A stretch of DNA of 64,000 nucleotides from Thermoplasmatota archaeon (GCA_035540375.1 DATLGO010000101.1:14324-78323); one strand, 5' to 3'. Positions 9,246-19,621 are shown, counted from the first letter of the stretch. The notes: generated from the letters alone by a model not told the origin. Made by a program: numbers and translations.

Positions 9246-10685
9246 ATGCCCGCGCGCCGCACGAAGATCCTCGCGACCCTGGGTCCCGCGAGCGACTCGC
9301 CCGAGATGCTCGCCCGCCTGGTCGACGCGGGCATGGACGCGGTGCGCGTGAACTTCAGCCACGGCGAGGCGAAGCACCACGCGGAGGTCGTGGCGCGCGT
9401 GCGCGCGGTCGCGCAGGCGAAGAAGAGGGCGATCCCCATCGTGCAGGACATCCAGGGCCCGAAGATCCGCGTCGGGAAGCTCCCGGGCGGCCCGATCAAG
9501 CTCGCCGCGGGCGACCGCGTCACGCTCACGGCCGCCGAGGAGGCGCCGGGGCCCGGCGTGATCCCGATCACCTACGAGTGGCTCGCGAAGGACGTGAAGC
9601 CGGGCGGCCAAATCCTCCTCGACGACGGCTACCTCGAGATGAAGGTCGAGGCGTGCGAAGGCGAGAAGGTGCACGCGACGGTCGTGACGGGCGGCCTCCT
9701 CAAGCCTTCGAAGGGCGTGAACTTCCCGGGCGCGCGCCTTTCGATCAAGTTCCCCACGGAGAAGGACAAGGTCGACCTGCGCGTCGGCCAGGACCTCGGC
9801 GTCGACTGGGTCGCGGCGTCGTTCGTGCGGAGCGCCGCGGACGTCGCGCGCGTGCGGGCGGACCTCGACGACGCGCACGGCACGCGCGTCATCGCGAAGA
9901 TCGAGCTCCACGAGGCCGTCGAGAACCTCGACGAGATCGTCCGCTCGGCCGACGCGGTCATGATCGCGCGCGGCGACCTCGGCGTCGAGTTTCCGCCCGA
10001 GGAGGTGCCGGGAATCCAGCGCCGCATCCTGCAGATGGGCGACACGCTCGGGGTTCCCGTCATCACCGCGACGCAGATGCTCGAAAGCATGATCGAGCAG
10101 CCGCGGCCCACGCGGGCCGAGGTGACGGACGTCTACAACGCGATCCTTGGCGGGTCGGGCGCCGTCATGCTTTCCGGCGAGACGGCCGTGGGCAAGCACC
10201 CGGTCGAGGCCGTGTCGGTCATGGCGCGTGTCGCGCGGCGCGCGGAGGAGACTTTCTTCTCGGAGCCCGAGCTGCACGCGCGCTGGCGCGCCGTCGCGCG
10301 GCCCACCGCGGAGGACGCCGTCGCGCACGCGACGGTCCGGGCCGCGGAGGACGCGGGCGCGAAAGCGATCGTGGTCCTGACGGAGAGCGGGCGCACCGCG
10401 ATCCTCGTCGCGAAATACCGACCGAAGACGCGCGTCCTCGCCGCGACGCCGTCGTCGATCACGGAGCGGCAGCTCGCGCTCGTCTGGGGCGTCGAGACGC
10501 TCCATCTCCCGCACGCCGAGACGCAGGAGAAGCTCTTCCGGTCCGCCGACGACGCGCTCCTCGCCGCGGGGCTCGCGAAGGGCGATACGATCGTGGTCAC
10601 GTCGGGACGCCTCGGAGCCTCGGGCTCGACGTCGAGCCTGCGGGTCGCGAAGGTGGGCAAGCTCGCGCAGGCCGCGGGCGCTTGA
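9246..10685 (+). CDS. pyk: Pyruvate kinase
   Basis: RRTKILATLGPAS, RVNFSHG, DIQGPKIR, IAKIE, MIARGDLGVE, ATQMLESM, PTRAEVTDV, MLSGETA. Confidence 0.98.
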   Translation: MPARRTKILATLGPASDSPEMLARLVDAGMDAVRVNFSHGEAKHHAEVVARVRAVAQAKKRAIPIVQDIQGPKIRVGKLPGGPIKLAAGDRVTLTAAEEAPGPGVIPITYEWLAKDVKPGGQILLDDGYLEMKVEACEGEKVHATVVTGGLLKPSKGVNFPGARLSIKFPTEKDKVDLRVGQDLGVDWVAASFVRSAADVARVRADLDDAHGTRVIAKIELHEAVENLDEIVRSADAVMIARGDLGVEFPPEEVPGIQRRILQMGDTLGVPVITATQMLESMIEQPRPTRAEVTDVYNAILGGSGAVMLSGETAVGKHPVEAVSVMARVARRAEETFFSEPELHARWRAVARPTAEDAVAHATVRAAEDAGAKAIVVLTESGRTAILVAKYRPKTRVLAATPSSITERQLALVWGVETLHLPHAETQEKLFRSADDALLAAGLAKGDTIVVTSGRLGASGSTSSLRVAKVGKLAQAAGA

Positions 10686-10743
10686 TCGACCGCGGACCGG
10701 CATCTATTATTGACCCCCCGGCGGTCGCTCGTCGGGGAGATCC

Positions 10744-12267
10744 TTGAGAGGCATCGTTCCAGTCGTCCTGCTGTTCCTCGCGATCGTCGTCACGCCGCCG
10801 GCTTCGGCCGAGGCCGTGGCGGTCAATCCGTACGTCGCGGCGGGCCTCGCCTCGCCGTGGCCCCCGGAGCAGCTGCGGGTCGCGCTTGCGGGAGAGGACG
10901 GACGTCTCGTCGTGCAGTGGGCGCTGAATCAGCGCCTCTACCTCGAATCGCAGGACCCGCCGTCCGTCCTGTGGCGCACGCCGAACGCGACGTGGCGCAA
11001 CACCACCGCGTTCTACGCCGGCCACTACTACCATCAGACCGGCCCCGTTGCTTCGACGAACGTGTACGCGGCCACCCTTCCGCCCATTCCCCCGGGGACG
11101 CTCGTAGGCTACAAGGTGGGCTCGAAGTGGGGCGGCTATTCGGCGGAGCGGCAGGCCTACGTGCCGCCCGCGAACGGAGAACCGTTCCGTTTCGTGGCGT
11201 ACGCGGACATCGGCTACAACAGCACGAACGTGAATCAGAACCACACGCTCGTCAGGCCCCTTGTTCTTGCGGCCGATCCCGACCTCGTCATCCTCGCGGG
11301 CGATCTCGCGTATTCCAATGCGGCCGCGACCGTGAACGAGTGGATGCGTTTCATGGAGCCCGTGCAGTCGCGCTATCCGACGATGCCCGCGCTCGGCAAC
11401 CACGAGTATCATCCTTCGATGAGCGGTTACCTCACGTGGCTCAACGCCTACGTGCTGCCGGGCGACGAGCAGTCCTACAGCTACAAGGCCGGGCCGGTGA
11501 CGTTCATCGCGCTCAACTCGGACATGATCTGCAACCGGCCCCAGCGGACGAGCTACGGAAGCCCGACGGATCCTGATCCCTGCGTGACCTCCGGTCACTC
11601 GCTGAACGCGACGCAGCTCGCATGGCTGGAGTCGGCGCTCGCCGCGGCCGCCGCCGACGAGACGCCCTGGACGGTCGTGTACCACCACCACCCCGCGTAC
11701 AGCCACGGCGCGCACAAGAGCGACTGGGCCGTGCGCAAGTTCTGGGAGCCGCTTTACGCCCGTTACGGCGTCGACGTCGTGTTCACCGCGCACGACCACC
11801 ACTACGCGCGGACGTATCCCGTGATCGGCGGCGTCCCGCAGGTGAACGACACGAACGTCTACGCGAAGGGCGTCGCTCCGATCTACGTCGTCACGGGCGG
11901 CGGGGGCCGTCCGCTCTACAACTTCGCGCCGCCGCCGTTCCCGGCCTGGCATGCCTGCGGCGCGAAGGCAAACGTCATCACGGTCGTGGACATCGACGCC
12001 TCGGGCCTGCACTTCAGGGCCATCCGCCCCGGCGCGGGGACGGAAGCCGAGCGGACCCTCGACGCCTTCGACATCCTCGTCGAGGGCGGGGCCGGCCGCG
12101 GCGGACCGCCGGGGACGCAAAACCCGGCGTCCCTCTGCCCCGCGCAGGAGGCCATGACGACGCAGTCCGCGGCCTGGGTCGCGGTCGCGGGGCCCGGCCT
12201 CGCGGGCCTGGCCGGGATGGCCGTCGTCGCCGCCCTCTGGGCCGCCCGGCGGGGACCGCGCGGGTGA
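10744..12267 (+). CDS. Secreted purple acid phosphatase-family metallophosphoesterase with C-terminal membrane anchor
   Basis: Signal peptide; YADIG, GDLAY, GNHE, HHPAY, AHDHHY motifs; hydrophobic C-terminus followed by RR. Confidence 0.9.
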   Translation: MRGIVPVVLLFLAIVVTPPASAEAVAVNPYVAAGLASPWPPEQLRVALAGEDGRLVVQWALNQRLYLESQDPPSVLWRTPNATWRNTTAFYAGHYYHQTGPVASTNVYAATLPPIPPGTLVGYKVGSKWGGYSAERQAYVPPANGEPFRFVAYADIGYNSTNVNQNHTLVRPLVLAADPDLVILAGDLAYSNAAATVNEWMRFMEPVQSRYPTMPALGNHEYHPSMSGYLTWLNAYVLPGDEQSYSYKAGPVTFIALNSDMICNRPQRTSYGSPTDPDPCVTSGHSLNATQLAWLESALAAAAADETPWTVVYHHHPAYSHGAHKSDWAVRKFWEPLYARYGVDVVFTAHDHHYARTYPVIGGVPQVNDTNVYAKGVAPIYVVTGGGGRPLYNFAPPPFPAWHACGAKANVITVVDIDASGLHFRAIRPGAGTEAERTLDAFDILVEGGAGRGGPPGTQNPASLCPAQEAMTTQSAAWVAVAGPGLAGLAGMAVVAALWAARRGPRG

Positions 12268-12333
12268 ATGGACCCCGCGACGACGGGGCGTCGTCACGGG
12301 CACGTTCTTGACGGGGAGCGGCCATCGAACCGC

Positions 12334-13713
12334 GTGGCGGCCGTTCGAGCCCTCCCCGTTCTCCTTCTCGTCCTGCCCGCCCTCGCGGGCTGCCTCGGCG
12401 CGACGTCGGAGGGGCCGGTCGACGTGCCGCCCTTCCGCGCGGGGGACGCGGCGACCTACGTCGTCACGGGGACGTACCTCGAGGCCGCGCGTCTCTGGAA
12501 CGCCGTGCCGCTTCCGACGGGATCCGCGACGCTCGCGTTCGAGACGCGCGCCGCCGAGCCCATCCTGGATGGCGCCTTGGCGCGCCGAGCGGTGATGGAG
12601 GTCGAGACGCGCCTCGGCACGGCGAAGCCGCATCTGCGGTGGGTGGACTCGGACGGCGTCGTCGCGTCCTTCCTGCCGCTCTCCGAAGAGGGCCACAACG
12701 CGCTTTCGTTCGAGGAGCGCGGGTTCCCGTGGGCGTTCGGCGCGAGCGTTCTCGCGGGACGCGCGCTTGCGCCCGGCGACCGCTTCCCATTCACGCTCCA
12801 GAACCTCGGCGGCCAGGCCGCGCCGCTCGCGCTCGCCTGGCGCGTCGAGCGCGTCGAGGCGGGCCGCGCGACGGTCGCGCTCGACCACGACCGCCACGGC
12901 TTCTCGGCGACCCTCGTCCTCGACGCGGCGAGCGCCTTCCCGCTCGAAGCGCGATGGAACGTCACTGCGGAGAGCGATCTCGGGCGATTCCTGCGCCTTT
13001 CGCCCGGCGACCACGCGATGACCGCCGCGCGGACCTCGGCCTCGACGGGGTCCGGGCCGGCGCCCCCGACGGCCCCCGCGGCGGCCGCGCGCGCCGACGC
13101 CATCGTCTTCGCGCCCCACCACCGCGTCCATCCGCCGGACGGCGCTCCGCCGGCGGTCGCGTTCGCGCTCGCCGACGCGGTGGCCGCGGCGAGATCGCAC
13201 GACGGCGCGCGCGCCTGGCTCGCCTCGCGGCCCGACGCCATCGTCGCCCGCGCGACGTATCACGCTCCCGCGCGCCCGGAGGGCGCGCCCACGGCGATTC
13301 CCGGCATGGCGACGCACGCCTGGCTCGTGCAATTCGTGGGCCGCGACGAAGCGTTCTTCGAGGCGATGGTCGAGCGCGTCGTCGCGAACGCGACGGGCGC
13401 CGCGGTCGCGACGCGCGTCACGAAGGCGGGCCCCGTCGAGCCGCCGCGCGGCGGTCAGGGGTGGATCGACCCCGCGTCGTGGCCCGCGGAGATGACAACG
13501 ATCGCCTCGGCGGTCGCGGTCGTGCGCGAGGGTTTCGCGCCCGCGGGCGTCGAGATCTTCGTGCGATCCTTCGCGCGGCCCGGCCAGACGGGCTACTTCT
13601 ATCTCATCGACGGCGGCTTCGAAAAGCCGCTCGGGCGCTACACGGTCACGGTGGACGCGCGGACGGGCTACGTGATGAGCGCGGTCGGGCCCGTCCGGCC
13701 CCTCGCCGGTTGA
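12334..13713 (+). CDS. Hypothetical lipoprotein, possible PepSY-like C-terminus
   Basis: Lipobox LLLVLPALAGC; C-terminal YTVTVDARTG. Confidence 0.6.
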   Translation: MAAVRALPVLLLVLPALAGCLGATSEGPVDVPPFRAGDAATYVVTGTYLEAARLWNAVPLPTGSATLAFETRAAEPILDGALARRAVMEVETRLGTAKPHLRWVDSDGVVASFLPLSEEGHNALSFEERGFPWAFGASVLAGRALAPGDRFPFTLQNLGGQAAPLALAWRVERVEAGRATVALDHDRHGFSATLVLDAASAFPLEARWNVTAESDLGRFLRLSPGDHAMTAARTSASTGSGPAPPTAPAAAARADAIVFAPHHRVHPPDGAPPAVAFALADAVAAARSHDGARAWLASRPDAIVARATYHAPARPEGAPTAIPGMATHAWLVQFVGRDEAFFEAMVERVVANATGAAVATRVTKAGPVEPPRGGQGWIDPASWPAEMTTIASAVAVVREGFAPAGVEIFVRSFARPGQTGYFYLIDGGFEKPLGRYTVTVDARTGYVMSAVGPVRPLAG

Positions 13714-13756
13714 CCCTGCAAACGTTTTTGAGGGAGCCTCCCTTAGGCTGCCCCAG

Positions 13757-14050
13757 GTGCCTTCCGTGAACCCCTTCGCCCTCGCGTTCCTCTCGGGGAA
13801 CGAGTGGCTCGCCGTCCTCGTGATCGTCGTGCTCCTCTTCGGCGGCGCGAAGATCCCGGAGCTCGCCCGCTCCCTCGGCCGCGCGAAGGCCGAGTACGCG
13901 AAGGCGTCGAAGGAGGGCGCGGAGCCGACCGCCAGGCCTACGTCGGTCGAGGACGAGAAGATCCTCAAGGCCGCCCGCGACCTCGGCATCCCGACCGAGG
14001 GACGCACCCTTGCGGAGATCCGCGACGACCTCCGCAAGCGCCTCGCCTGA
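13757..14050 (+). CDS. tatA: Twin-arginine translocase TatA/E
   Basis: EWLAVLVIVVLLFGGAKIPELARSLGRA. Confidence 0.92.
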   Translation: MPSVNPFALAFLSGNEWLAVLVIVVLLFGGAKIPELARSLGRAKAEYAKASKEGAEPTARPTSVEDEKILKAARDLGIPTEGRTLAEIRDDLRKRLA

Positions 14051-14106
14051 AGCCGACAGGGCAGGTTCTGGTTTTTCATACCTCGCGTGCCTCAGGAGCC
14101 GTTCCG

Positions 14107-14943
14107 ATGCAGCGCCTTCTTGCGACCCTCGTCCTCGCCGCGGCCATCCTCCTCGCCGGCTGCGTCGGAGGCGCGGATCTTCCCGGCGCTTCGCGCGAAG
14201 ATGCGGAGGGCGCGTGCGACGTCACGTATCCCGACGGGTCGCCTTTCGACTGCGCGACCACCCAGGCCGTCCAACCCGAGTCCGCATCCCGGCCGTCCTT
14301 CGATTCGGGGTGGACGTGCAAGCTGCGGTGGGAGGAGGACGGCGATCCGAGGGCCGTGTTCGAAATCTACCTGCACGACGACGGCCGCGCCGGCCTCTAC
14401 TGGGAAGCGCGGCCCTGGAAGAACCCGGGCGCGGCCTTCGTCATCGCGAACGTCCTCGAGCCCGACGGCAAAGGGCAGACGCTCATCGCGAACTGGACCG
14501 CGAAGGGCTTCGCGCCCTTCCCCGAGAAGCCGCCCGCCAAGGGCGAGCTGCACCTCATGACGCGCAACCTCTTCGCCGACGTGCGCGACGCGGACGGAAA
14601 CTGGGCCCCGGCCGCCTCGAACGTGATCGCGGGACGGTATGGCGGCCACGAGTGGTTCGTCGTGGGCGTGGAGGCCGGGGGCGCCACCCGGTACCTCGAC
14701 CCGATGATCGCCAAGCCCAAGGAAGGGTTCGTGAAGGTCTTCGCCCCGGACGACCGGCTGATCGAAGGCGAAGGCTGGGGGGCTTACGTCACCGTCGAGA
14801 CCTGGGGCGTCAAGAGGCCGGAGTACGCGTTCGACCCATCCCCGACGGGCGGGCGATGCTCGCTCTCCCAGCTTCCCGGGTTCACGCCTCTCGGCTCCGA
14901 AGGGCCGGAGGCCGCGTCCGGGAGGCCATTCACGGTCCCATGA
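14107..14943 (+). CDS. Hypothetical lipoprotein (paralog A)
   Basis: MQRLLATLVLAAAILLAGC lipobox; full-length similarity to 15007-15816. Confidence 0.75.
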   Translation: MQRLLATLVLAAAILLAGCVGGADLPGASREDAEGACDVTYPDGSPFDCATTQAVQPESASRPSFDSGWTCKLRWEEDGDPRAVFEIYLHDDGRAGLYWEARPWKNPGAAFVIANVLEPDGKGQTLIANWTAKGFAPFPEKPPAKGELHLMTRNLFADVRDADGNWAPAASNVIAGRYGGHEWFVVGVEAGGATRYLDPMIAKPKEGFVKVFAPDDRLIEGEGWGAYVTVETWGVKRPEYAFDPSPTGGRCSLSQLPGFTPLGSEGPEAASGRPFTVP

Positions 14944-15006
14944 GCGGCGCCACCGAGGACCACGGACAAAGTTTTTGAAGACCATCGCTTCTGCCCGACG
15001 GATACG

Positions 15007-15816
15007 ATGCTCGCCAAGGCCATCGTCACTGCCCTGCTCCCGGCCCTCGCCCTCCTCGTCGCCGGATGTGTCACGCCGAACGCGGCCCAGGTGGGCGGAC
15101 CCGACGGTGGTTCGGATACGGGCCCGGCGGGCGCCTGCGATGTCCTTTACCCGGACAACACGACCTTCGACTGCGCGACGAGTCGCGTCACGCCCGCTTC
15201 CCTCGACGGTCGCCCGGCGCTCGGGTCGGGCTGGACGTGCATCAGCCGGTGGACCGAGAGCGACGACGACCTCGGCGCGATCGAGGTCTACGTGCACAGC
15301 GACGGTCGCGCAGGTCTCTATTGGGAATCGGTCCCGTTCAAGAACCCCGGAGAGGCGTTTGTCGTGGCCAACATCTTCGAATCGGAGACCAAGGGCCAGG
15401 CCCTCGTCGTCAACTGGAGCGCGAAGGGCTTCGCCGTGTTCCCGCAGAAGCCGCCGGCGACCGCCGAGCTCCACACGACGGTCCGCAACCTGCAGCTCGA
15501 CGTCCTCGGCCCCGACGGCACGTGGAGGCCCGAGCCCAACGCGACCGTCGTCGCGGGCGACTACCTGGGCCACGACTGGCTCGTCTGGAGCTTCGACGTC
15601 GAGGGGGAGACCCACTACGCGGACTCCATGGTTTCCAAGACCAAGGAGGGGTCGCTGCGCAAGTACACCCCGGCCAAGAAGCACATCGAAGGCGACGGGT
15701 GGGCCGCCTTCTCGACCGTCGAGACGTGGGGCGTCAAGCACATGAAGTTCACGTTCGCCGCGAACTCCGGCACCGCCGTGTGTCCGACCGGCCTCCTTCC
15801 GGACGTGATCTCGTGA
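15007..15816 (+). CDS. Hypothetical lipoprotein (paralog B)
   Basis: LALLVAGC lipobox; shares CDV.YPD...FDC, GWTC, DGRAGLYWE..P.KNPG.AFV and TVETWGVK with paralog A. Confidence 0.75.
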   Translation: MLAKAIVTALLPALALLVAGCVTPNAAQVGGPDGGSDTGPAGACDVLYPDNTTFDCATSRVTPASLDGRPALGSGWTCISRWTESDDDLGAIEVYVHSDGRAGLYWESVPFKNPGEAFVVANIFESETKGQALVVNWSAKGFAVFPQKPPATAELHTTVRNLQLDVLGPDGTWRPEPNATVVAGDYLGHDWLVWSFDVEGETHYADSMVSKTKEGSLRKYTPAKKHIEGDGWAAFSTVETWGVKHMKFTFAANSGTAVCPTGLLPDVIS

Positions 15817-17231
15817 GGCTCCCCTACGTTCTCGCCTTCCTCGTCCTCGCCGCTCCCCTCGCAAGCGCGCAGGCCTCGCCCGAGCTTTCGAAGCCCGAGC
15901 AGATCCACGTCACGCTCGGCGCCGAGCCCGGCACGTTCGTCGTTCACTGGGCCGTCGTCGGCACGGCGTACCCGTCGACCGCGAGCCCCGTGATCGAGTG
16001 GACGCCCGAGGGCGGCGCGAAGACGGTGACGCCCGCGAAGCATTTCGGCGAGATCAAGGCCGCGGGATCGAGCCCCGTCGACCAGGCGATGCCCCTCTCC
16101 TCCCACGTGTACGGCGAGACGATCGGCCCGATCGCGCCCGGCGTCAAGGTATCCTACCGCGTGGGCACGACCCAGTTCGGTTTCTCGCCCCAGAAGGAGA
16201 TCCGCATGGTGCCCGGCCCCGGCGAGCCCATCAAGTTCGTCACCTACGGCGACATCGGCGTCGACGCGACGGGCCCCGACGGCGGCAAGGATCCGACCGA
16301 GACGGAGCACCCGGCGTTCGACATCCGCGAGCTCGCGATCAAGGAGCAGCCCGACCTCGTCGTCATCCCCGGCGACCTCGCCTACTCGAATAGCCGCGCC
16401 GGCTGGGACGCGTTCATGCGCTTCATGGAGCCGGTGCAGGCGAGCATCCCGACGATGCCCGTCGCGGGCAACCACGAGTACGACAAGAACGTCGGCTGGC
16501 ACCAGTTCCTCACGCAGTACGTCCTGCCGGGCGACGAGCACCACTACACGTTCAAGGCCGGCGACGTGACGTTCATCGGCGTCAACTCGAACTTCGTCTG
16601 CGAAGGCGGAACGTCCCGCACGACGACCGGGTCGCCCCCGCGCCCCTGCGGCGACGACCTCGACGTCAAGCCGAACGCGACGCTGCTCCTGTGGCTCGAC
16701 GAGGCCCTTGCGGCCGCGGCGAAGGACGACACGAAGTGGACCGTCGTCTATCACCACCACCCGGCCTTCAGCCACGGGCGCCACTCGAGCGACTACGCGA
16801 TCCAGTCCCTCTGGGCGCCGCTCTACGAGAAGCACAAGGTCGATCTCGTGATCACGGCCCACGACCACCTGTACGGTCGCACGTACCCTGTCACGAAGCT
16901 GAAACCCGCGATGCTCGGGGACGAGTATCCGAAGGGGCTCGCGCCGGTGTACGTCGTCGCCGGCGGGGGCGGCCGCAAGCTCTACGACTACCCGGGCCCC
17001 GACGGCGCGCCGGGCTGGCACGCGAAGGGCGCGCAGGTGCACCACCTCTCGGTGATCGAGGTCTCGGCGGAGAAGCTCACGCTCCGAACGCTCGACAGGA
17101 CGGGCGCGGAGATCGACGCCTTCACGATCAAGGCCACGGAGGTCTCGCTCCCGAAGGCGACCCCGGGCGTCGAGATCCTGGCGCTTGCGGCCGTCGCGCT
17201 CGCGGCGGCCCTCGGTCTGCGCCGGCGTTGA
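15813..17231 (+). CDS. Secreted purple acid phosphatase-family metallophosphoesterase (paralog) with PGF-CTERM-like tail
   Basis: GTG start overlapping the upstream TGA; YGDIG, GDLAY, GNHE, HHPAF, AHDHLY; ends TPGVEILALAAVALAAALGLRRR. Confidence 0.9.
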   Translation: MRLPYVLAFLVLAAPLASAQASPELSKPEQIHVTLGAEPGTFVVHWAVVGTAYPSTASPVIEWTPEGGAKTVTPAKHFGEIKAAGSSPVDQAMPLSSHVYGETIGPIAPGVKVSYRVGTTQFGFSPQKEIRMVPGPGEPIKFVTYGDIGVDATGPDGGKDPTETEHPAFDIRELAIKEQPDLVVIPGDLAYSNSRAGWDAFMRFMEPVQASIPTMPVAGNHEYDKNVGWHQFLTQYVLPGDEHHYTFKAGDVTFIGVNSNFVCEGGTSRTTTGSPPRPCGDDLDVKPNATLLLWLDEALAAAAKDDTKWTVVYHHHPAFSHGRHSSDYAIQSLWAPLYEKHKVDLVITAHDHLYGRTYPVTKLKPAMLGDEYPKGLAPVYVVAGGGGRKLYDYPGPDGAPGWHAKGAQVHHLSVIEVSAEKLTLRTLDRTGAEIDAFTIKATEVSLPKATPGVEILALAAVALAAALGLRRR

Positions 17232-17299
17232 ACGGTCGGTCGGAATCGCCCACCCTGCGTGGGGAAGGTTCTTGATCGAAATCCGCCATCCCCGGAGCC

Positions 17300-18265
17300 A
17301 TGTCCAGGCCCGAGCCTCGCGACGTCGTGATCATCGGGAGCGGTCCGGCCGGCCTCACGGCCGCCATCTACACCGCCCGCGCGAACCTGAAGCCCCTGTG
17401 CATCGCGGGCTACGAGGCGGGCGGGCAGCTCATGATCACGTCGGACGTCGAGAACTACCCCGGCTTCGCCGAAGCGATCACGGGTCCGGAGCTCATGGAG
17501 CGCTTCCGCAAGCAGGCCGAGCGCTTCGGCACGGAGTTCATCGACAAGGACGTCACGAAGGTCGACTTCTCGAAACCGATCAAGAAGCTCTGGGTCGAGG
17601 ACGAGGTCATCGAGGCGCGCGCCGTCATCATCGCGACGGGCGCGAGCGCGAAGTGGCTCGGCCTCGAGAACGAGCAGCGCCTGCGGGGTCGGGGCGTGAG
17701 CGCGTGCGCGACGTGCGACGGCTTCTTCTTCAAGGAGAAGATCGTCGGCGTCGTCGGGGGCGGCGACACCGCGATGGAGGAGGCGCTCTTCCTCACGAAG
17801 TTCGCGACCAAGGTCTTCGTGATCCACCGCCGCGACGAGTTCCGCGCCTCGAAGATCATGCAGGACCGCGTCCTCTCCCATCCGAAGATCGAGGTCGTGT
17901 GGAACACCGAGGTCCTTGACGTCCTCGGCGACCAGAGCGTGTCGGGCCTCAAGCTCGAGAACACGAAGGAGAAGCGCGTATACGAGCTTCCCGTCGGCGG
18001 ATTCTTCCTCGCGATCGGGCACAAGCCCAACACGGACGTCTTCAAGGGCGTCCTCGAGCTCGAGCCCACGGGCTACATCAAGGTCAATCCCGCGAACGAG
18101 ACCGTCACCAGGATCCCCGGCGTCTTCGTCGCGGGCGACGTCTTCGACCACCGCTACCGGCAGGCCGTCACGGCCGCGGGGTCCGGCTGCAAAGCCGCGA
18201 TCGAGGCCGAGAAATGGCTCGAGACGACGACCTCGCACGAGATTTCGACCGAGAAGAATTGGTGA
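17300..18265 (+). CDS. trxB: Thioredoxin reductase
   Basis: IIGSGPAG, ATGA, SACATCDG active site, VGGGDTAMEEA, HRRDEFRA, AGDV...YRQA. Confidence 0.97.
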   Translation: MSRPEPRDVVIIGSGPAGLTAAIYTARANLKPLCIAGYEAGGQLMITSDVENYPGFAEAITGPELMERFRKQAERFGTEFIDKDVTKVDFSKPIKKLWVEDEVIEARAVIIATGASAKWLGLENEQRLRGRGVSACATCDGFFFKEKIVGVVGGGDTAMEEALFLTKFATKVFVIHRRDEFRASKIMQDRVLSHPKIEVVWNTEVLDVLGDQSVSGLKLENTKEKRVYELPVGGFFLAIGHKPNTDVFKGVLELEPTGYIKVNPANETVTRIPGVFVAGDVFDHRYRQAVTAAGSGCKAAIEAEKWLETTTSHEISTEKNW

Positions 18266-18266
18266 A

Positions 18267-18890
18267 TCACTCCGGCGCGGCCGCCTGGGACGGCAAGGGC
18301 GCGTCCCGCGCTAGCGCATGCGCAAGCGCCGCCCCGAAGAGCGCGCCCGCGACGTCGTCATAGAGATCCATCATGGTGTTCGAGTAGAACCCCTGATCGA
18401 TCGTCGCGAAGAAGGTCCACGCCGCGAACTCGAAAAGCTCCACGCCGACGCCCACCGCGAGGGCCGTCGTGAACGCGAAGAGCGCGAGGAATCCGCGCGG
18501 CACCACCCACGCGCGCTTCGCCGCGACCGCGCGGGCGAGCGCGAACGCGAGCGCCGCGACGCCGGCCGCGCCCGCGAAGTGCGTCACGCGGTCCCACCAC
18601 GGGAAGACGGCGTAGAGCCCGTTCACGCCCGCGATGCCGAAATGTCCGCCGAGCGACCCGCCGACGTAGTGCAGGACGCCCGTCGCGAAGCACACCGCGG
18701 CGGCCGCGCGCGGAAGCGGCACGTCGAGGCCTCGCACGAGGAGTGCGAGAAGGAGCGCGAGCGCGGCGCCCACGAGGTTGTACGCCGTCCAGAGCGGCTT
18801 GCCCTCGAACCATGCCGCGATCGCGACGGCCGCGAAGAACGCGGCGGCGACGAGGAGCGGGGCGAGGTCGTACGCGCGTCGATGCGCCAC
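18267..18890 (-). CDS. Membrane protein, DUF2238-like
   Basis: Multiple TMs with WWDRVTHF, VELFEF and NTMMDL conserved polar motifs. Confidence 0.6.
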   Translation of the reverse strand: MAHRRAYDLAPLLVAAAFFAAVAIAAWFEGKPLWTAYNLVGAALALLLALLVRGLDVPLPRAAAAVCFATGVLHYVGGSLGGHFGIAGVNGLYAVFPWWDRVTHFAGAAGVAALAFALARAVAAKRAWVVPRGFLALFAFTTALAVGVGVELFEFAAWTFFATIDQGFYSNTMMDLYDDVAGALFGAALAHALARDAPLPSQAAAPE

Positions 18891-18961
18891 GGCTTCGCAT
18901 CGCTGCGGCTGCCGTTGAAGGTTGCGCCGCCTTCATGACCCCGCGATAGCGTCCGTGGGTC

Positions 18962-19579
18962 ATGCGCCTCCTTTCGACGTGGACGCTCGCGGTCGTCGCG
19001 TTCGGCGCCTTCGCCGTGCCGCTCGCCCTCGCGCCCGACTTCGCGCTCGAGGAGGACGCCGTCGTCGCGCAGCAGGCGGGCGCGGGCGGCGGTTCGGGCG
19101 GGTCGACCTCGACCGGCGGCACCACGTCGACGGGCGGCTCGTCCGGCGGGTCCACGTCGACGTCCGCGGGCGGGTCCTCGGGCGGTTCGACCTCGACCTC
19201 GGCCGGCGGCGCCTCGGGCGGCTCGAAGGGCGCGGGCGCATCCGGCGGCGGAGCCTCGGGCGGCGCCTCGACCGGAGGCCGCTCGGGCGGCGGCGCCTCG
19301 GGCGGCATGGCCTGGTCCGGCGACTGGGGCTTCGACATGGCCTTCGCGGGCCTCTTCTGGGGCTTCGCCGTCTTCCTCGCCGCGCTCTTTGCGATGATGA
19401 TCGCCCTCGGCGCGCAGTGGGCCGCCTTCTGGGCCGCGCTCGCCGCGGGCCTCGTCTACTCCCTCTGGGTCGTCGCGCTCTACGTGCTCCTGTCGATGAT
19501 CCTCATGACGCTCTTCGGCGTGGCCGGAGGCGTGATGCTCGGCCTCGGGCTTCTTGCCGCATACCAGGCCTATCGGTGA
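18962..19579 (+). CDS. Membrane protein with signal peptide, Gly/Ser/Thr-rich linker and 3-TM C-terminus
   Basis: Hydrophobic N-terminus, repeated GGSSGGSTSTS units, hydrophobic C-terminal third; codon usage like neighbouring genes. Confidence 0.65.
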   Translation: MRLLSTWTLAVVAFGAFAVPLALAPDFALEEDAVVAQQAGAGGGSGGSTSTGGTTSTGGSSGGSTSTSAGGSSGGSTSTSAGGASGGSKGAGASGGGASGGASTGGRSGGGASGGMAWSGDWGFDMAFAGLFWGFAVFLAALFAMMIALGAQWAAFWAALAAGLVYSLWVVALYVLLSMILMTLFGVAGGVMLGLGLLAAYQAYR

Positions 19580-19621
19580 CCTCCGGACAAGCGCCAAGCC
19601 CCGAACGCGCCTCAGGGGGAC

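Noticed and set aside
19081..19310. Repetitive GGC/TCG tract as a non-coding repeat
   Set aside because: In-frame Gly/Ser/Thr low-complexity coding sequence.
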